A stretch of 64,000 nt of DNA from Entomortierella parvispora E1425. Lineage: Eukaryota > Fungi > Mortierellomycota. Under the pieces are notes generated by a model. It searched no databases. It had not been told where the DNA came from and saw nothing but the letters and a program-made list of their open reading frames with translations. Where the stretch lies: positions 744,001-808,000 of the forward strand of contig BQFW01000012.1 in the NCBI GenBank assembly GCA_020891255.1. Reading direction: 5' to 3'. Of the stretch, positions 41,030 through 52,483 are shown one piece after another. The stretch's first letter is position 1; each line of letters begins with the position of its first letter. The position numbers and the translations under genes are program-made.

Positions 41030-41448
41030 TCACCATTTCCGCTTCATCTGGAGGATAAGGGGAAAACCAGAACGGATTTAGTGGGCCGGATATCAAATCC
41101 GAAAACTCGTTCCAGAAAAAAAAAAAAAAGATCTGTGAATAATATCGTCGCTGAGCTTACCGATTTTTGAACACACTCTTTGAAGGCCAAAAATTCCTTT
41201 TCGCAGACGCCCTTGTGAACATCCTGCATGGTGTTGGAGATACAGGCGCCATAGGCCGTTGCCTGGCATCAAAAACAAAGGGGAAAAAGATTGGATCGGG
41301 GGTCGGGTCAGTGGTTTTTACTTGCGAAAGACAATCCTTGTGCCCTAGACCGTTGTATATTTGCTTCTTCGTCTTCTTCTTCCTACCGTGGGAGCACAGC
41401 TGGCTATGTTCTTTGAGAATGCAGCGATGGTGTTCTTTGCCTTCGACA
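41030..41448 (-). CDS. NDUFAF8-like small twin-CX9C protein (3 exons)
   Basis: Spliced MSKAKNTIAAFSKNIASCAPT|ATAYGACISNTMQDVHKGVCEKEFLAFKECVQKS|MKRKW*. Confidence 0.75.
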
Positions 41449-42294
41449 TGGGACGTTGAATGAATGAGCTGCTCTTGAGAGGGCATGAGAAGTGCAAGTG
41501 AACTGCAACTCCGAATCCAACAGAAGGAACACAGGCACGTGATCATCAGGGTCCCCATTGTCGAAAGAACAAAAACGACGGATATTAAGTTGAGGATGTC
41601 AGTGCACATATTGTGATTAGCTAGACTCTATGTACACTTACTAGAGCATGCAGCCTTCATGTCGAAGTCTGATAGTGGCCATGGTCCCAGGACTGGGGCG
41701 CGTGTAGGCAACAGCCACGCCTGCTGGCGTGAGTGACGACAGGTAGGCCTACTGATCGCATGGGCTTCCAGCCAGTCAGCACGCAGGGATAGCTTGGGGG
41801 CTTCTACGCCGTGCACCGCTCACCCAGCCCCGAACTGCGGCCTCTCTCCAGTAAACATAAAAAGTCGATTCGCAGATCTCATTCTCTCATCACCCAATCC
41901 TTCATCACCAACCGTACGTCCACATGCTGCTGCTCACCACTGCTGCTCACCACTGCTGCGCCTCTTGTGTGCTCCTTGCATCGCTGTTCCCTCTATGCTT
42001 GCCCCCTGCTCCCCTGTTGGGTCTAGTGCATCTCTATAGACCATACTTTTTTTTTATTTGTTCCTCGGGAGATTGAATCTGGACTTTTGACAAAGAGCGC
42101 ACATGGACCTCCATGCTTCAACAAAAAAAGGAGATTAGACTGGCGCTCGTACGATCTGGATACTTTCTTCCTTCAAACTGGACAATGCAGGAACAACTAG
42201 ACCGACTCTCTTTCGTTGCATCCTCTTGAAAGCAGCCCTTTTCTAACCCTATCCACCTTTGTCTATTCATTCATCCATCAGGATTTAATCAATC

Positions 42295-43275
42295 ATGCCC
42301 AAGAACAAGGGAAAGGTATTTTGTCAATATGAATATCATCCTATTACCCGTTTTACCCTCGTATGCCCCTGAGTGTTTGGTGCTAACGACTCGATTACTT
42401 TTGGACTTGAACTAATAGGGAGGAAAGAACAGAAGACGTGGAAAGAACGAGAACGAAGGCGAGAAGCGCGAGTTGGTCTTCAAGGAGGATGGTCAAGGTA
42501 AATAACAAGTCTACACCGACTGCGATACATTGCTCTACCTGTGGATCTTTATGCCTTCTTTTATATCCCCTTCTCGCTATCCACTGGTTACTAAAACAAA
42601 CCGGTTGTCTACTCTTTTTGAATTACAGAATATGCCCAGGTCTTGAAGATGCTCGGTAACGGCCGTGTTGAAGCCCAGTGCTTCGATGGCGAGAAGAGAC
42701 TTGCACATATTCGTGGCAAGATGAGGAAAAAGGTAATTTAATCCTTGCCAGACAATGCCCGGTCGCCTTCTTTTTGCAGGAGAGAACCAAAAAGCAGTTC
42801 TTTTTTTTCCACGACCACGGACCAAAATACACCGAGGTCACCGTCTGTGCGTCATTGTATGGATTCGACCCCAGTGGACATGAGAGGAATGAACGGGACA
42901 CAAGGATAAAAATAATGACATGGCATGACGGCAGCCTCTTTTCTCAGCTACTGCGGGAAAAAGAAATTGACTTTGCCAGGGACACCCACTTGACAACCTT
43001 CTTTTTTCAAGCAAAGACAGAGAACATCTTGACTTACCCAAAACTCCCTTTGTCTTATCTAGGTCTGGATCAACCAGGGAGATATCATCTTGATTTCCCT
43101 CCGTGATTTCCAGGACGACAAGGCTGATGTCATTCTCAAGTACAACACTGAGGAGGCCAGAAACTTGAAGGCCTACGGTGAATTGCCCGAGAGTGCCAAG
43201 ATTAACGAGACCGATACCTTCCAGGGTGGCAGTGACGATGAGCTCGACGTCGAGTTCGATATCGACGAGATCTAA
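42295..43275 (+). CDS. EIF1A: Translation initiation factor eIF1A (4 exons)
   Basis: [62 protein letters not shown]. Confidence 0.97.
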
Positions 43276-43427
43276 AAAAGCTACCCCCTTTGTTTGTTTT
43301 TGTCTTTCCCCACCCCACCCCCTCTCCATCACCGACCCCTTCATCTCCATGTTTACTTTTTAACTCACAAACTTTTCAGAAAACTTTTTTTTTTCTTTTT
43401 CGTTGTATTCAGTAAAAGAAAATTCCG

Positions 43428-44608
43428 CTATGATGACGATCCCTTCTTCTTGAAGACAACGCTGGATATCGTCTGTCCTTTGACACCTCCAAACGTGAAT
43501 GTTGGGTACTTGAGATGCGAGTCGTACTCAAAGACTACAAATAGAAAAAATATGTAAAAGGCATGGGGTTAGCTTTTCTGGTAAATTCGCGGATTGGTCA
43601 AGAAGTTATCCTTTTTTTTTTTTTTTTTTTACCATGGGCGAATCGCTGGATAAGCTCTGCCTGGGTCCAGTTGCAAGAAGTGATCAACAAGCGTCCATCG
43701 TCCTGCATCAAAGCGGCCACGCGCTTTGGGTATCTCTCTGCGAGCTCCTCCATATTATCATCGTTCTCGGCCAAGACCATACCATCCTTGTCCGTCTTCT
43801 TTTCGTCTGCGACCGAGGAGGATTCCGGCTCTTCTGCAGCGGCAGCGGCAGCAGCGACGGCAGCATCACGCTTGTTCTTTTGATGCAAACTAATAGCGTC
43901 ATAAGTACCCTTGTCGAGCATGACCTTGAATTTTTTGGGTCCCTGGGTCTCATTCCCCTGTTTGTTGTTCAAGGTGGAGCACCAATCCATTGTTTCCTTC
44001 TCGGCCAAGAAATCCACAGCGGCGTATTGGATGATATCCTCAAACTCGCGGTCTTTGGCGACAGCGGTGGCGAGGCGAATGGCCGCGGGGGAATAATCAA
44101 TGCCTGTCAAATCCTCAAAGCCCAGCTCGGCCAGATCCAAAAGCAAATGACCGTTACCGCAACCCAGATCCAGGATGGAAGTCGTCTCCTTCTCGTCCTC
44201 GTAGTGTTCCTCGACCCAGTCGACCATCTTGACAGCACTGTCCTCTCCAAACCTATTGTTCAAAGACAAATTAAAATATAAAAAAATGTTAAAAACTCGA
44301 TGAAAAACTACTCCCTAACACGGACTGCATGGAACAACGTGAATTGATATTCCTGGCCAAATTCACACACCAGATCTCGCCGATATCACCATGGTCCTCA
44401 AAGTTGATGACCTCGCGATCGTAGACCTTGTCCCAGCTATATGAAGACAAGTAAGAGAAAAAGGAACCCCTATTGTGAGTTTGGCTGATTCCTTCGATGA
44501 CAGAATGAATCCAAATAATGAATGCAATGGAGCAAGCCCTTACTAATCCTTGGTTCCAAGAGCCGATGGCTTGAAGTCTGGCTGTGGTACAGTTGATTCC
44601 TCGGCCAT
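43428..44608 (-). CDS. EFM4: Protein-lysine N-methyltransferase EFM4/METTL10 (4 exons)
   Basis: PSALGTKDYWD, GDIGEIWFGE, ILDLGCGNGHLL, GIDYS, DKGTYDAISL, ITSCNWT, YPTFTFGG. Confidence 0.92.
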
Positions 44609-44919
44609 TGTGATGAACTGCTTTCCTGTTCCTGATGGGTTGAGAGAATGTGCTTGACGGTGATCAGCCTGAAAAAAGCATTCAGCTCTTTTTTTTTTAG
44701 CGCCGTCACAAAAAAAATTGTTGGATCTTTGGGACCAATGCACTCGACGCGTTGCTCTACCTTTATCGCCCTCCTACCAGGAGGACACTTTCGTCAACGA
44801 TATTCATATAGCTAGGATGATATGATAACATAAGATATATTGCCGTAAAATACTGGGGGTAGCTCGCGATCTTTGGTATCCTACGACAGATACTTCAGAA
44901 AACTGTGAAGGTCGACTCC

Positions 44920-46695
44920 TTATTTGATATTCCTGGTTCGACGAGCTTTGGAAGAGCTAGCAGGTGCAGTGATGAAAAAGTCGCTACCAACACCCAAAGA
45001 TGCAACTCTTCCTGGCATGGCGTTTTCCAGTGCAGCTTTGGCTCTCCAGCCAGAGCAATGCCCTGGGGCGAGGTACGAAGGACTGATCTTGCCCAAATCT
45101 CTGACGGTTTCTATGTTCAGAACAGAATATAAAAATTAAGTAAAACTATGCAATACCAGTCAGTCTTGTTTGGTTGCTTGCGATTGATCTTACCTGCAAT
45201 TCTTGTCTCGACAGAAGATCCAGCAAGATGAAATCCACCTACAACGTAGAACAGCTTATTGCTGCTCTCAACTCCCTTGTCATCGTCTGATTCGACCATT
45301 GTCGACTCTTCTGCCACTTCAGCTAGGTTGCCGTCCCCGCTGCTACTGCTCTCTTGGTTAATCTCAGTGGCTGCTTGATTCATGCCAAAGGCCCGCTGAA
45401 CATCTTGACAAACATTCACAATGCCCGCATGACTGCAACCGGAGAGGACCACAACTCCTTTACCCTTGACCCTGGCCACTAAGTAGCGTTCATCCAAGAT
45501 ATCAGGATCAGGCACCCAGCAACGGCTTTCAGGCGACCACTGCATATGATTTGGAATGCCCGTCTCATATGAGGTATTTCGAGGGATCAATCCTGAGACG
45601 CCAAAGAATCCCTCGGAGATAACATGAGCATCCCGATGATGGAATACCTTGGCTCCTGCCGCCTCCAGCTCTTGGATGGTAGGATCTGCTTTCCAGGCGA
45701 CATATTCCGACGTGATGGGTCGGTCTGCCTTTTCTGCTCCTGGAGGAGTAACCCTTCCTCCTCTCTCAGAATGGACGGTTCCTGGAAAGGAGGGTGGAGG
45801 TGGTCGAGCGAGACAGATACCCCGCTGGTAAGGTCTATCTGGATGGACGTCCACGTTTACAGACGCTAACGTTTTTTAATAGTGGAGAGGAAAGAAAGAG
45901 CGGGTCAGGCCTTTGTCAGATAGGAAACTAGGAAACGTCCATCTTTTCGTGTCTGCTCTTGGCAGAAAAACGGGACATTGTTTTTTTTTTACCTGGCTTC
46001 TTGTCGGGTCCATTTTTGACATCCTTTCGTGCCTGGACACATTTCGCCACAGCTGCCAGCATCCCACCAGAGTGATCTACATGCCAATGTGAAAGTACGA
46101 TCGTCTCAATTTTCTCGAACGGAATCTCTAGCCGCTTCGCGTTCTCAAGAAAGATGGCCGAGTGGGGGCCAGTGTCGAACAGGATGCGATGTTCTATCTG
46201 GCCTCGGATCCCTGTCTGCAGAGTCATAAAAGAAGTTGGTTTATCCACGATTATTAGAAAACAAAAAGCAAAAGAACCAGGTGGACTTGTATTGTCCTTT
46301 CTACTCCCAAAGAGCGACTCCTTGACTCTTACCACGAGGATTGAGAGTCCATGGGCTCCACAGCAAAGGTCGTTGAAGTCAAAGCCGATGGTTCTGACGG
46401 GGCCACCCTCGCCTTGGCTGGCCTGGTGATCATAGGCGTGTTCCACTGTGGCCGCTCCTGCTCCTGTGGACGTTGCAGTTGACTTTTCTTTGTCAAGATG
46501 CCTCTTGTCCTTGAACAGGACCTGGGCCTGTGTGGTCAAGCCGAGTTCCTTGGGAACCGAGGTCATGATGTCGACCTCATTGTCGACAATGACGGTCAGT
46601 CGCAATGCATCGAGTTCCACGAGGTCTGGGAATGTGGTTTGAATGTGTACATCCTGCTCCTGTCCCTTGGGCAAAAGTGCATGAGGAGTCGCCAT
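44920..46695 (-). CDS. Metallo-beta-lactamase-fold protein (COG1237-like)
   Basis: AHGLS, ILFDTG, SHWHVDHSGG (HxHxDH), SGCSHAGIVN, GGFHL, PGHCSG. Confidence 0.88.
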
Positions 46696-47209
46696 CCTTT
46701 GAAAATGAGGAGGGAAAAGGCAACCGTTTGAAAAAAACAAAAGTCTGATTTATCAGAATTATTAATAATTTGCATGCTATTATACATGTTGACTCCTGGG
46801 CGTGCCTTGTTTTGTAGACCTCGGCCGACTTGACTCTAGTGGTCTTCGACACGCACTTCCTGCCTTACCATACGTTCGATCAATCTTTCTGCTTAACACG
46901 AGTTACGAAAGACAATAGCCCCCAGGAATGCGGAGTCAAACCGGTCAAGAACGCGTCGTATTCCTTGCAAGAACTCCATTGGTACTGTACTTTTACACGA
47001 TTGTCCCCTCTCCCTCTTTTCAAAATGGGTATGGTGGGTGGTGCATCCTGGGACGCGTTTTGGCAATCCTTCCTCAGAAGGACAAAAAGTTTCTGGATTT
47101 ATCTATTTGACAACCCAGGTTGTTCGTTTTGTTTGACAACCCACCAGTCACACTTTGGAAAATTGCATGGAAACCTGGGTTGTCAGATAGTGAGCTCCAC
47201 CTCGTTCGC

Positions 47210-47922
47210 AACAAGCCCGCAAACCCGAAGTTGCCGCCCGAAACCGCCTCCATGGTACCAGCCATCGGACACGGCTTTGTGGACATCATTGTACTCTGCC
47301 TTCCATGACTCGCCAACGACCTGTCCTCCTGTGAGGGGACAGATCACCAGCCCGTTGGCACCAGCCCCGTTGGCATCGGCTCAGTCGGTCGTCACTGCCT
47401 ACCAAGGAGTGTTACACTGCGCTTCGATCAAGGCCTGGACTCCAATTATTAAAGGCCCTCACTCGGTCGTGGTCGCAGTTGCTCATCAACTTATCCGTCG
47501 TCAGGATAGGGATACTCTTGCACGTATCCGGAAGACACGCGGCGAGGTTACTATTGCCTGGGAGAAGACTCAAGGCATCCGCTCCAAGATGAAGAAGCAA
47601 GCACAGCGAGGCCAACCTTGGAACAATGCATTTGCTACGATCTTACCACCAGACACCTGCCAATGCGGTAAACCTCACTCCGGCCACCACCAAGGCCGTT
47701 GCCCAGATGCCCAAGATGACCTTAAGCTGGCAGACCAGCGCTTACTGGCTGGTGTGCGTGGCCAGGTTCATATATCGACACTTTTGTAACATTTTATTCT
47801 TTATTAAACAGCGATGAGTCGTGGCATTTGTTGCGCGGGGATTCGGGCTTCATTGTTAGTAGTTTGTTCTCGCACTTCGCTTCACTGTCTCGACATAGCA
47901 AATAATATGTAAAAAAAAAAAA
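47210..47922 (+). mobile_element. 5'-truncated LINE family A copy nested inside the MULE
   Basis: Encodes ..IAWEKTQG..DTCQCGKPHSGHHQGRC..; poly(A) at 47911-47922; imperfect 14-bp TSD tccacctcgt(t/c)cgc (47196-47209 / 47924-47937). Confidence 0.85.
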
Positions 47923-48036
47923 GTCCACCTCGTCCGCCATAGCATCAGAAGATATTTCGCAAGAATATTTTTATTGAATAATTGCGAACATAACCTGTTA
48001 CACTTCGTCGACGTGGGATTGCGCACTATCTGTCTT

Positions 48037-48890
48037 TCACATGTCCTCGTCGTCCTGGCAGGGGCTGACCATGTAAGATGGGTCACTCTGAAGGCCTTTG
48101 AGTGCTCGCTCGCTGACTTCCAACGTGAAAGATCGATCGCGCTTGAGTGACATGAGGTTTCTAACCTCGTCCCTTGTAAGCTTCTGCTCGGCCATTATCT
48201 CTGCTTGATTGTTTTGATGGCGATTGTAGAACACTCTCTGTTCCTCAACAGCTGCTCGCTGCATCTCAATGGCAGCTCGCTGCTCCTCGAGGGCCGTGCG
48301 CTGCTCCTCTAAGGCCAAGCGGTTATGTTCAGCGATGCTGCGCTGATGTGCCACAGCTTGTTCAGCATACGAAGCGGTGAAGGTGTTCAGAAACGACAAC
48401 TGAGACTGGGTCATGCTCTCGACGAGCTTCGCGCTCTGTCCTGTGAACGTCTCCAGGAAGGCTTGATGTTGCTCAATCAACTTTTCCTCCAGAATGCTCC
48501 CCGACGCTGCGCTCCGCTACCACCAGGGCCGTTGAAGGAGGCGCCGGCGCAACAATAACGCCATTGCCATCGCCTGCACCACCTGCACCAGGGAGGAGGT
48601 GGATGTGCGATTGCATTTAGGGCGGCGTCCCTGGCAACGGCACAGTAATGGTAATGGCGATGGATCGAAGAGTTAAGGGTGAACGTCAGGCCACAGTAGC
48701 AGACGAAATCCATGTGTTTTGTGGGAATTCGACTAAAGGTGACTTGTCGATCAGTGTACCCGCACATGAACTTGATGGGGTTGTCGACGTGATACCCTGC
48801 AACATGGTTCTTCTGATTTTTGGTCTTGGGTTCGGCAGGGGGGAGGAGACCTAGCGCGCAATAGCCGTAAGTGCAAGCACCACGAGGCAT
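48037..48890 (-). CDS. MULE accessory gene: zinc-finger-like plus coiled-coil protein (junction near 48500-48590 spliced or frameshifted)
   Basis: 5' ORF with FVCYCGLTFTLNSSIHRHYHYC; 3' ORF with a heptad EEQR-repeat coiled coil. The join is unresolved. Confidence 0.55.
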
Positions 48891-49048
48891 GTTGGAAGAG
48901 GTGAGAACGATGAGGAGGACAAGATACAGAACTGGATGCCGCAAGTACACATATTTATACATGTGGGAGTTGCTGACACAAGAAGCCTGGATGTACGAGT
49001 CAGTCGAGTCAGTCCCTTTGTTTCGAACCAGAAGAACATGTCGGACCA

Positions 49049-52000
49049 TCATCCTCTATGACCTAGGGGATGTCTGTCAATGGCATGCATACAGAGGGCA
49101 AAATGTATCTTTTTTTTCTTTTGGCCGACCATGGTACACGTACCGTCTTGCGAGTCCTTGCGAGTCGCCAGAAGTCCCAATTAGGAATGGTCTACTGTTG
49201 CATGCAAAGGCTTTTTTTTTATTTGACCGAGGGTTGACCGGGGGTAGATCAATACAAGAGGAAAGAAACACAGCTGATACCCGCTCCAGTCTTCTGATCC
49301 AGACAAGGTCAGAGCCCACTGGACTATCATCCTCTATGACCGAGGGGATGTCTGTCAATTGCATGCATACAGAAGGCAAAATGTATCTTTTTTTTTCTTT
49401 TGGCCGACCATGGTACACGTACCGTCTTGCGAGTCCTTGCGAGTCGCCAGAAGTCCCAATTAGGAATGGTCTACTGTTGCATGCAAAGGATTTTTTTTTT
49501 TATTTGACCGAGGGTTGACCGGGGGTAGATCAATACAAGAGGAAAGAAACACAGCTGATACCCGCTCCAGTCTTCCGGACCGGACAAGGTCAGAGCCCAC
49601 TGGACTGTCACCCTCTATGACCTAGGGGATGTCTGTCAATTGCATGCATACAGAAGGCAAAATGCACTTTTTTTTTTCTTTTGGCCGATCATGGTACACG
49701 TACCGTCTTGCGAGTCCTTGCGAGTCGCCAGAAGTCCCAATTAGGAATGGTCTACTCTTGCATGCAGAGGATTTTTTTTTATTTGACCGAGGGTTGACCG
49801 GGGGTAGATCAATACAAGAGGAAAGAAACACAGCTGATACCCGCTCCAGTCTTCCGGACCGGACAAGGTCAGAGCTCACTGGACTATCATCCTCTATGAC
49901 CTAGGGGATGTCTGCCAATTGCATGCATACAGAAGGCAAAATGCACTTTTTTTTTTCTTTTGGCCGATCATGGTACACATACCGTCTTGCGAGTCCTTGC
50001 GAGTCGCCAGAAGTCCCAATTAGGAATGGTCTACTCTTGCATGCAGAGGTTTTTTTTTTTTTTTTTTGACTGAGGGTTGACCGGGGGTAGATCAATACCA
50101 GAGGAAAGAAACACGGCTGATACCCGCTCCAGTCTTCCGGACCGGACAAGGTCAGAGCTCACTGGACTATCACCCTCCATGACTTAGAGGATGCCTGTCA
50201 ATTGCATGCATACAGAAGGCAAAATGCACTTTTTTTTTTCTTTTGGCCGACCATGGTACACATACCGTCTTGCGAGTCCTTGCGAGTCGCCAGAAGTCCC
50301 AATTAGGAATGGTCTACTGTTGCATGCAAAGGCTTTTTTTTTTTATTTGACCGAGGGTTGACCGGGGGTAGATCAATACAAGAGGAAAGAAACACAGCTG
50401 ATACCCGCTCCAGTCTTCCGGACCGGACAAGGTCAGAGCTCACTGGACTATCATCCTCTATGACCTAGGGGATGCCTGTCAATTGCATGCATACAGAAGG
50501 CAAAATGCACTTTTTTTTTTCTTTTGGCCGATCATGGTACACATACCGTCTTGCGAGTCCTTGCGAGTCGCCAGAAGTCCCAATTAGGAATGGTCTACTC
50601 TTGCATGCAGAGGTTTTTTTTTTTTTTTTTTGACTGAGGGTTGACCGGGGGTAGATCAATACCAGAGGAAAGAAACACGGCTGATACCCGCTCCAGTCTT
50701 CCGGACCGGACAAGGTCAGAGCCCACTGGACTATCACCCTCTATGACCTAGGGGATGTCTGTCAATTGCATGCATACAGAAGGCAAAATGCACTTTTTTT
50801 TTTCTTTTGGCCGATCATGGTACACGTACCGTCTTGCGAGTCCTTGCGAGTCGCCAGAAGTCCCAATTAGGAATGGTCTACTCTTGCATGCAGAGGATTT
50901 TTTTTTATTTGACCGAGGGTTGACCGGGGGTAGATCAATACAAGAGGAAAGAAACACAGCTGATACCCGCTCCAGTCTTCCGGACCGGACAAGGTCAGAG
51001 CTCACTGGACTATCATCCTCTATGACCTAGGGGATGCCTGTCAATTGCATGCATACAGAAGGCAAAATGCACTTTTTTTTTTCTTTTGGCCGATCATGGT
51101 ACACATACCGTCTTGCGAGTCCTTGCGAGTCGCCAGAAGTCCCAATTAGGAATGGTCTACTCTTGCATGCAGAGGTTTTTTTTTTTTTTTTTTGACTGAG
51201 GGTTGACCGGGGGTAGATCAATACCAGAGGAAAGAAACACGGCTGATACCCGCTCCAGTCTTCCGGACCGGACAAGGTCAGAGCTCACTGGACTATCACC
51301 CTCCATGACTTAGAGGATGCCTGTCAATTGCATGCATACAGAAGGCAAAATGCACTTTTTTTTTTCTTTTGGCCGACCATGGTACACATACCGTCTTGCG
51401 AGTCCTTGCGAGTCGCCAGAAGTCCCAATTAGGAATGGTCTACTGTTGCATGCAAAGGCTTTTTTTTTTTATTTGACCGAGGGTTGACCGGGGGTAGATC
51501 AATACAAGAGGAAAGAAACACAGCTGATACCCGCTCCAGTCTTCCGGACCGGACAAGGTCAGAGCCCACTGGACTATCACCCTCTATGACCTAGGGGATG
51601 TCTGTCAATTGCATGCATACAGAAGGCAAAATGCACTTTTTTTTTTCTTTTGGCCGATCATGGTACACGTACCGTCTTGCGAGTCCTTGCGAGTCGCCAG
51701 AAGTCCCAATTAGGAATGGTCTACTCTTGCATGCAGAGGATTTTTTTTTATTTGACCGAGGGTTGACCGGGGGTAGATCAATACAAGAGGAAAGAAACAC
51801 AGCTGATACCCGCTCCAGTCTTCCGGACCGGACAAGGTCAGAGCCCACTGGACTATCACCCTCTATGACCTAGGGGATGTCTGTCAATTGCATGCATACA
51901 GAAGGCAAAATGCACTTTTTTTTTTCTTTTGGCCGACCATGGTACACATACCGTCTTGCGAGTCCTTGCGAGTCGCCAGAAGTCCCAATTAGGAATGGTC

Positions 52001-52230
52001 TACTCTTGCATGCAGAGGTTTTTTTTTTTTTTTTTTGACTGAGGGTTGACCGGGGGTAGATCAATACCAGAGGAAAGAAACACGGCTGATACCCGCTCCA
52101 GTCTTCCGGACCGGACAAGGTCAGAGCTCACTGGACTATCACCCTCCATGACTTAGAGGATGCCTGTCAATTGCATGCATACAGAAGGCAAAATGGATCT
52201 TTTTTTTTTTTTGGCCGACTATGGTACATA
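49049..52230. repeat. Tandem array of ~281-bp units (11 full plus 1 partial) inside the MULE
   Basis: Unit starts at 49049, 49327, 49608, 49887, 50170, 50451, 50734, 51013, 51296, 51577, 51856, 52139. Confidence 0.97.
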
Positions 52231-52483
52231 TATGGTATATACACATAGACTGCAAATAGTGTTCGGGGTTTTGAGTTACTCTACTCGAAGCGGAGACAAT
52301 GAAACGTTGGAACTTCTGATATAAAGCTACGGCAGTAGGCACCGACGAAGATTCACAAGAATCTTATAACCTCAGCCGAGCCATACTTCTCTGTACGGGG
52401 TTTGTTGTCTGTCTCGTACCTACTGAAGTTCTTTGGAGCGTTTTGCTGATACAGTCTATTTTGGCATTTAAAAAAAATATAGG

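Noticed and set aside
42757-42882. H/ACA snoRNA in eIF1A intron 3
   Set aside because: H- and ACA-like boxes exist, but pocket-to-box spacing does not fit the 14-16 nt rule.
46830-47789. 319-aa ORF as a real gene
   Set aside because: It is chimeric: it reads through the host flank, the MULE TIR and the nested LINE. The flank part (46860-47094) is only weakly LINE-like.
49049-52230. CRISPR array or coding repeats (recurring 82-91 aa ORFs)
   Set aside because: There are no unique spacers, whole units repeat, the context is eukaryotic, and the ORFs break at variable poly-T runs.
49049-52230. Hammerhead ribozyme in the repeat unit (GAAAC...CTGATA)
   Set aside because: The core needs CUGANGA with proper stems; neither strand has it.
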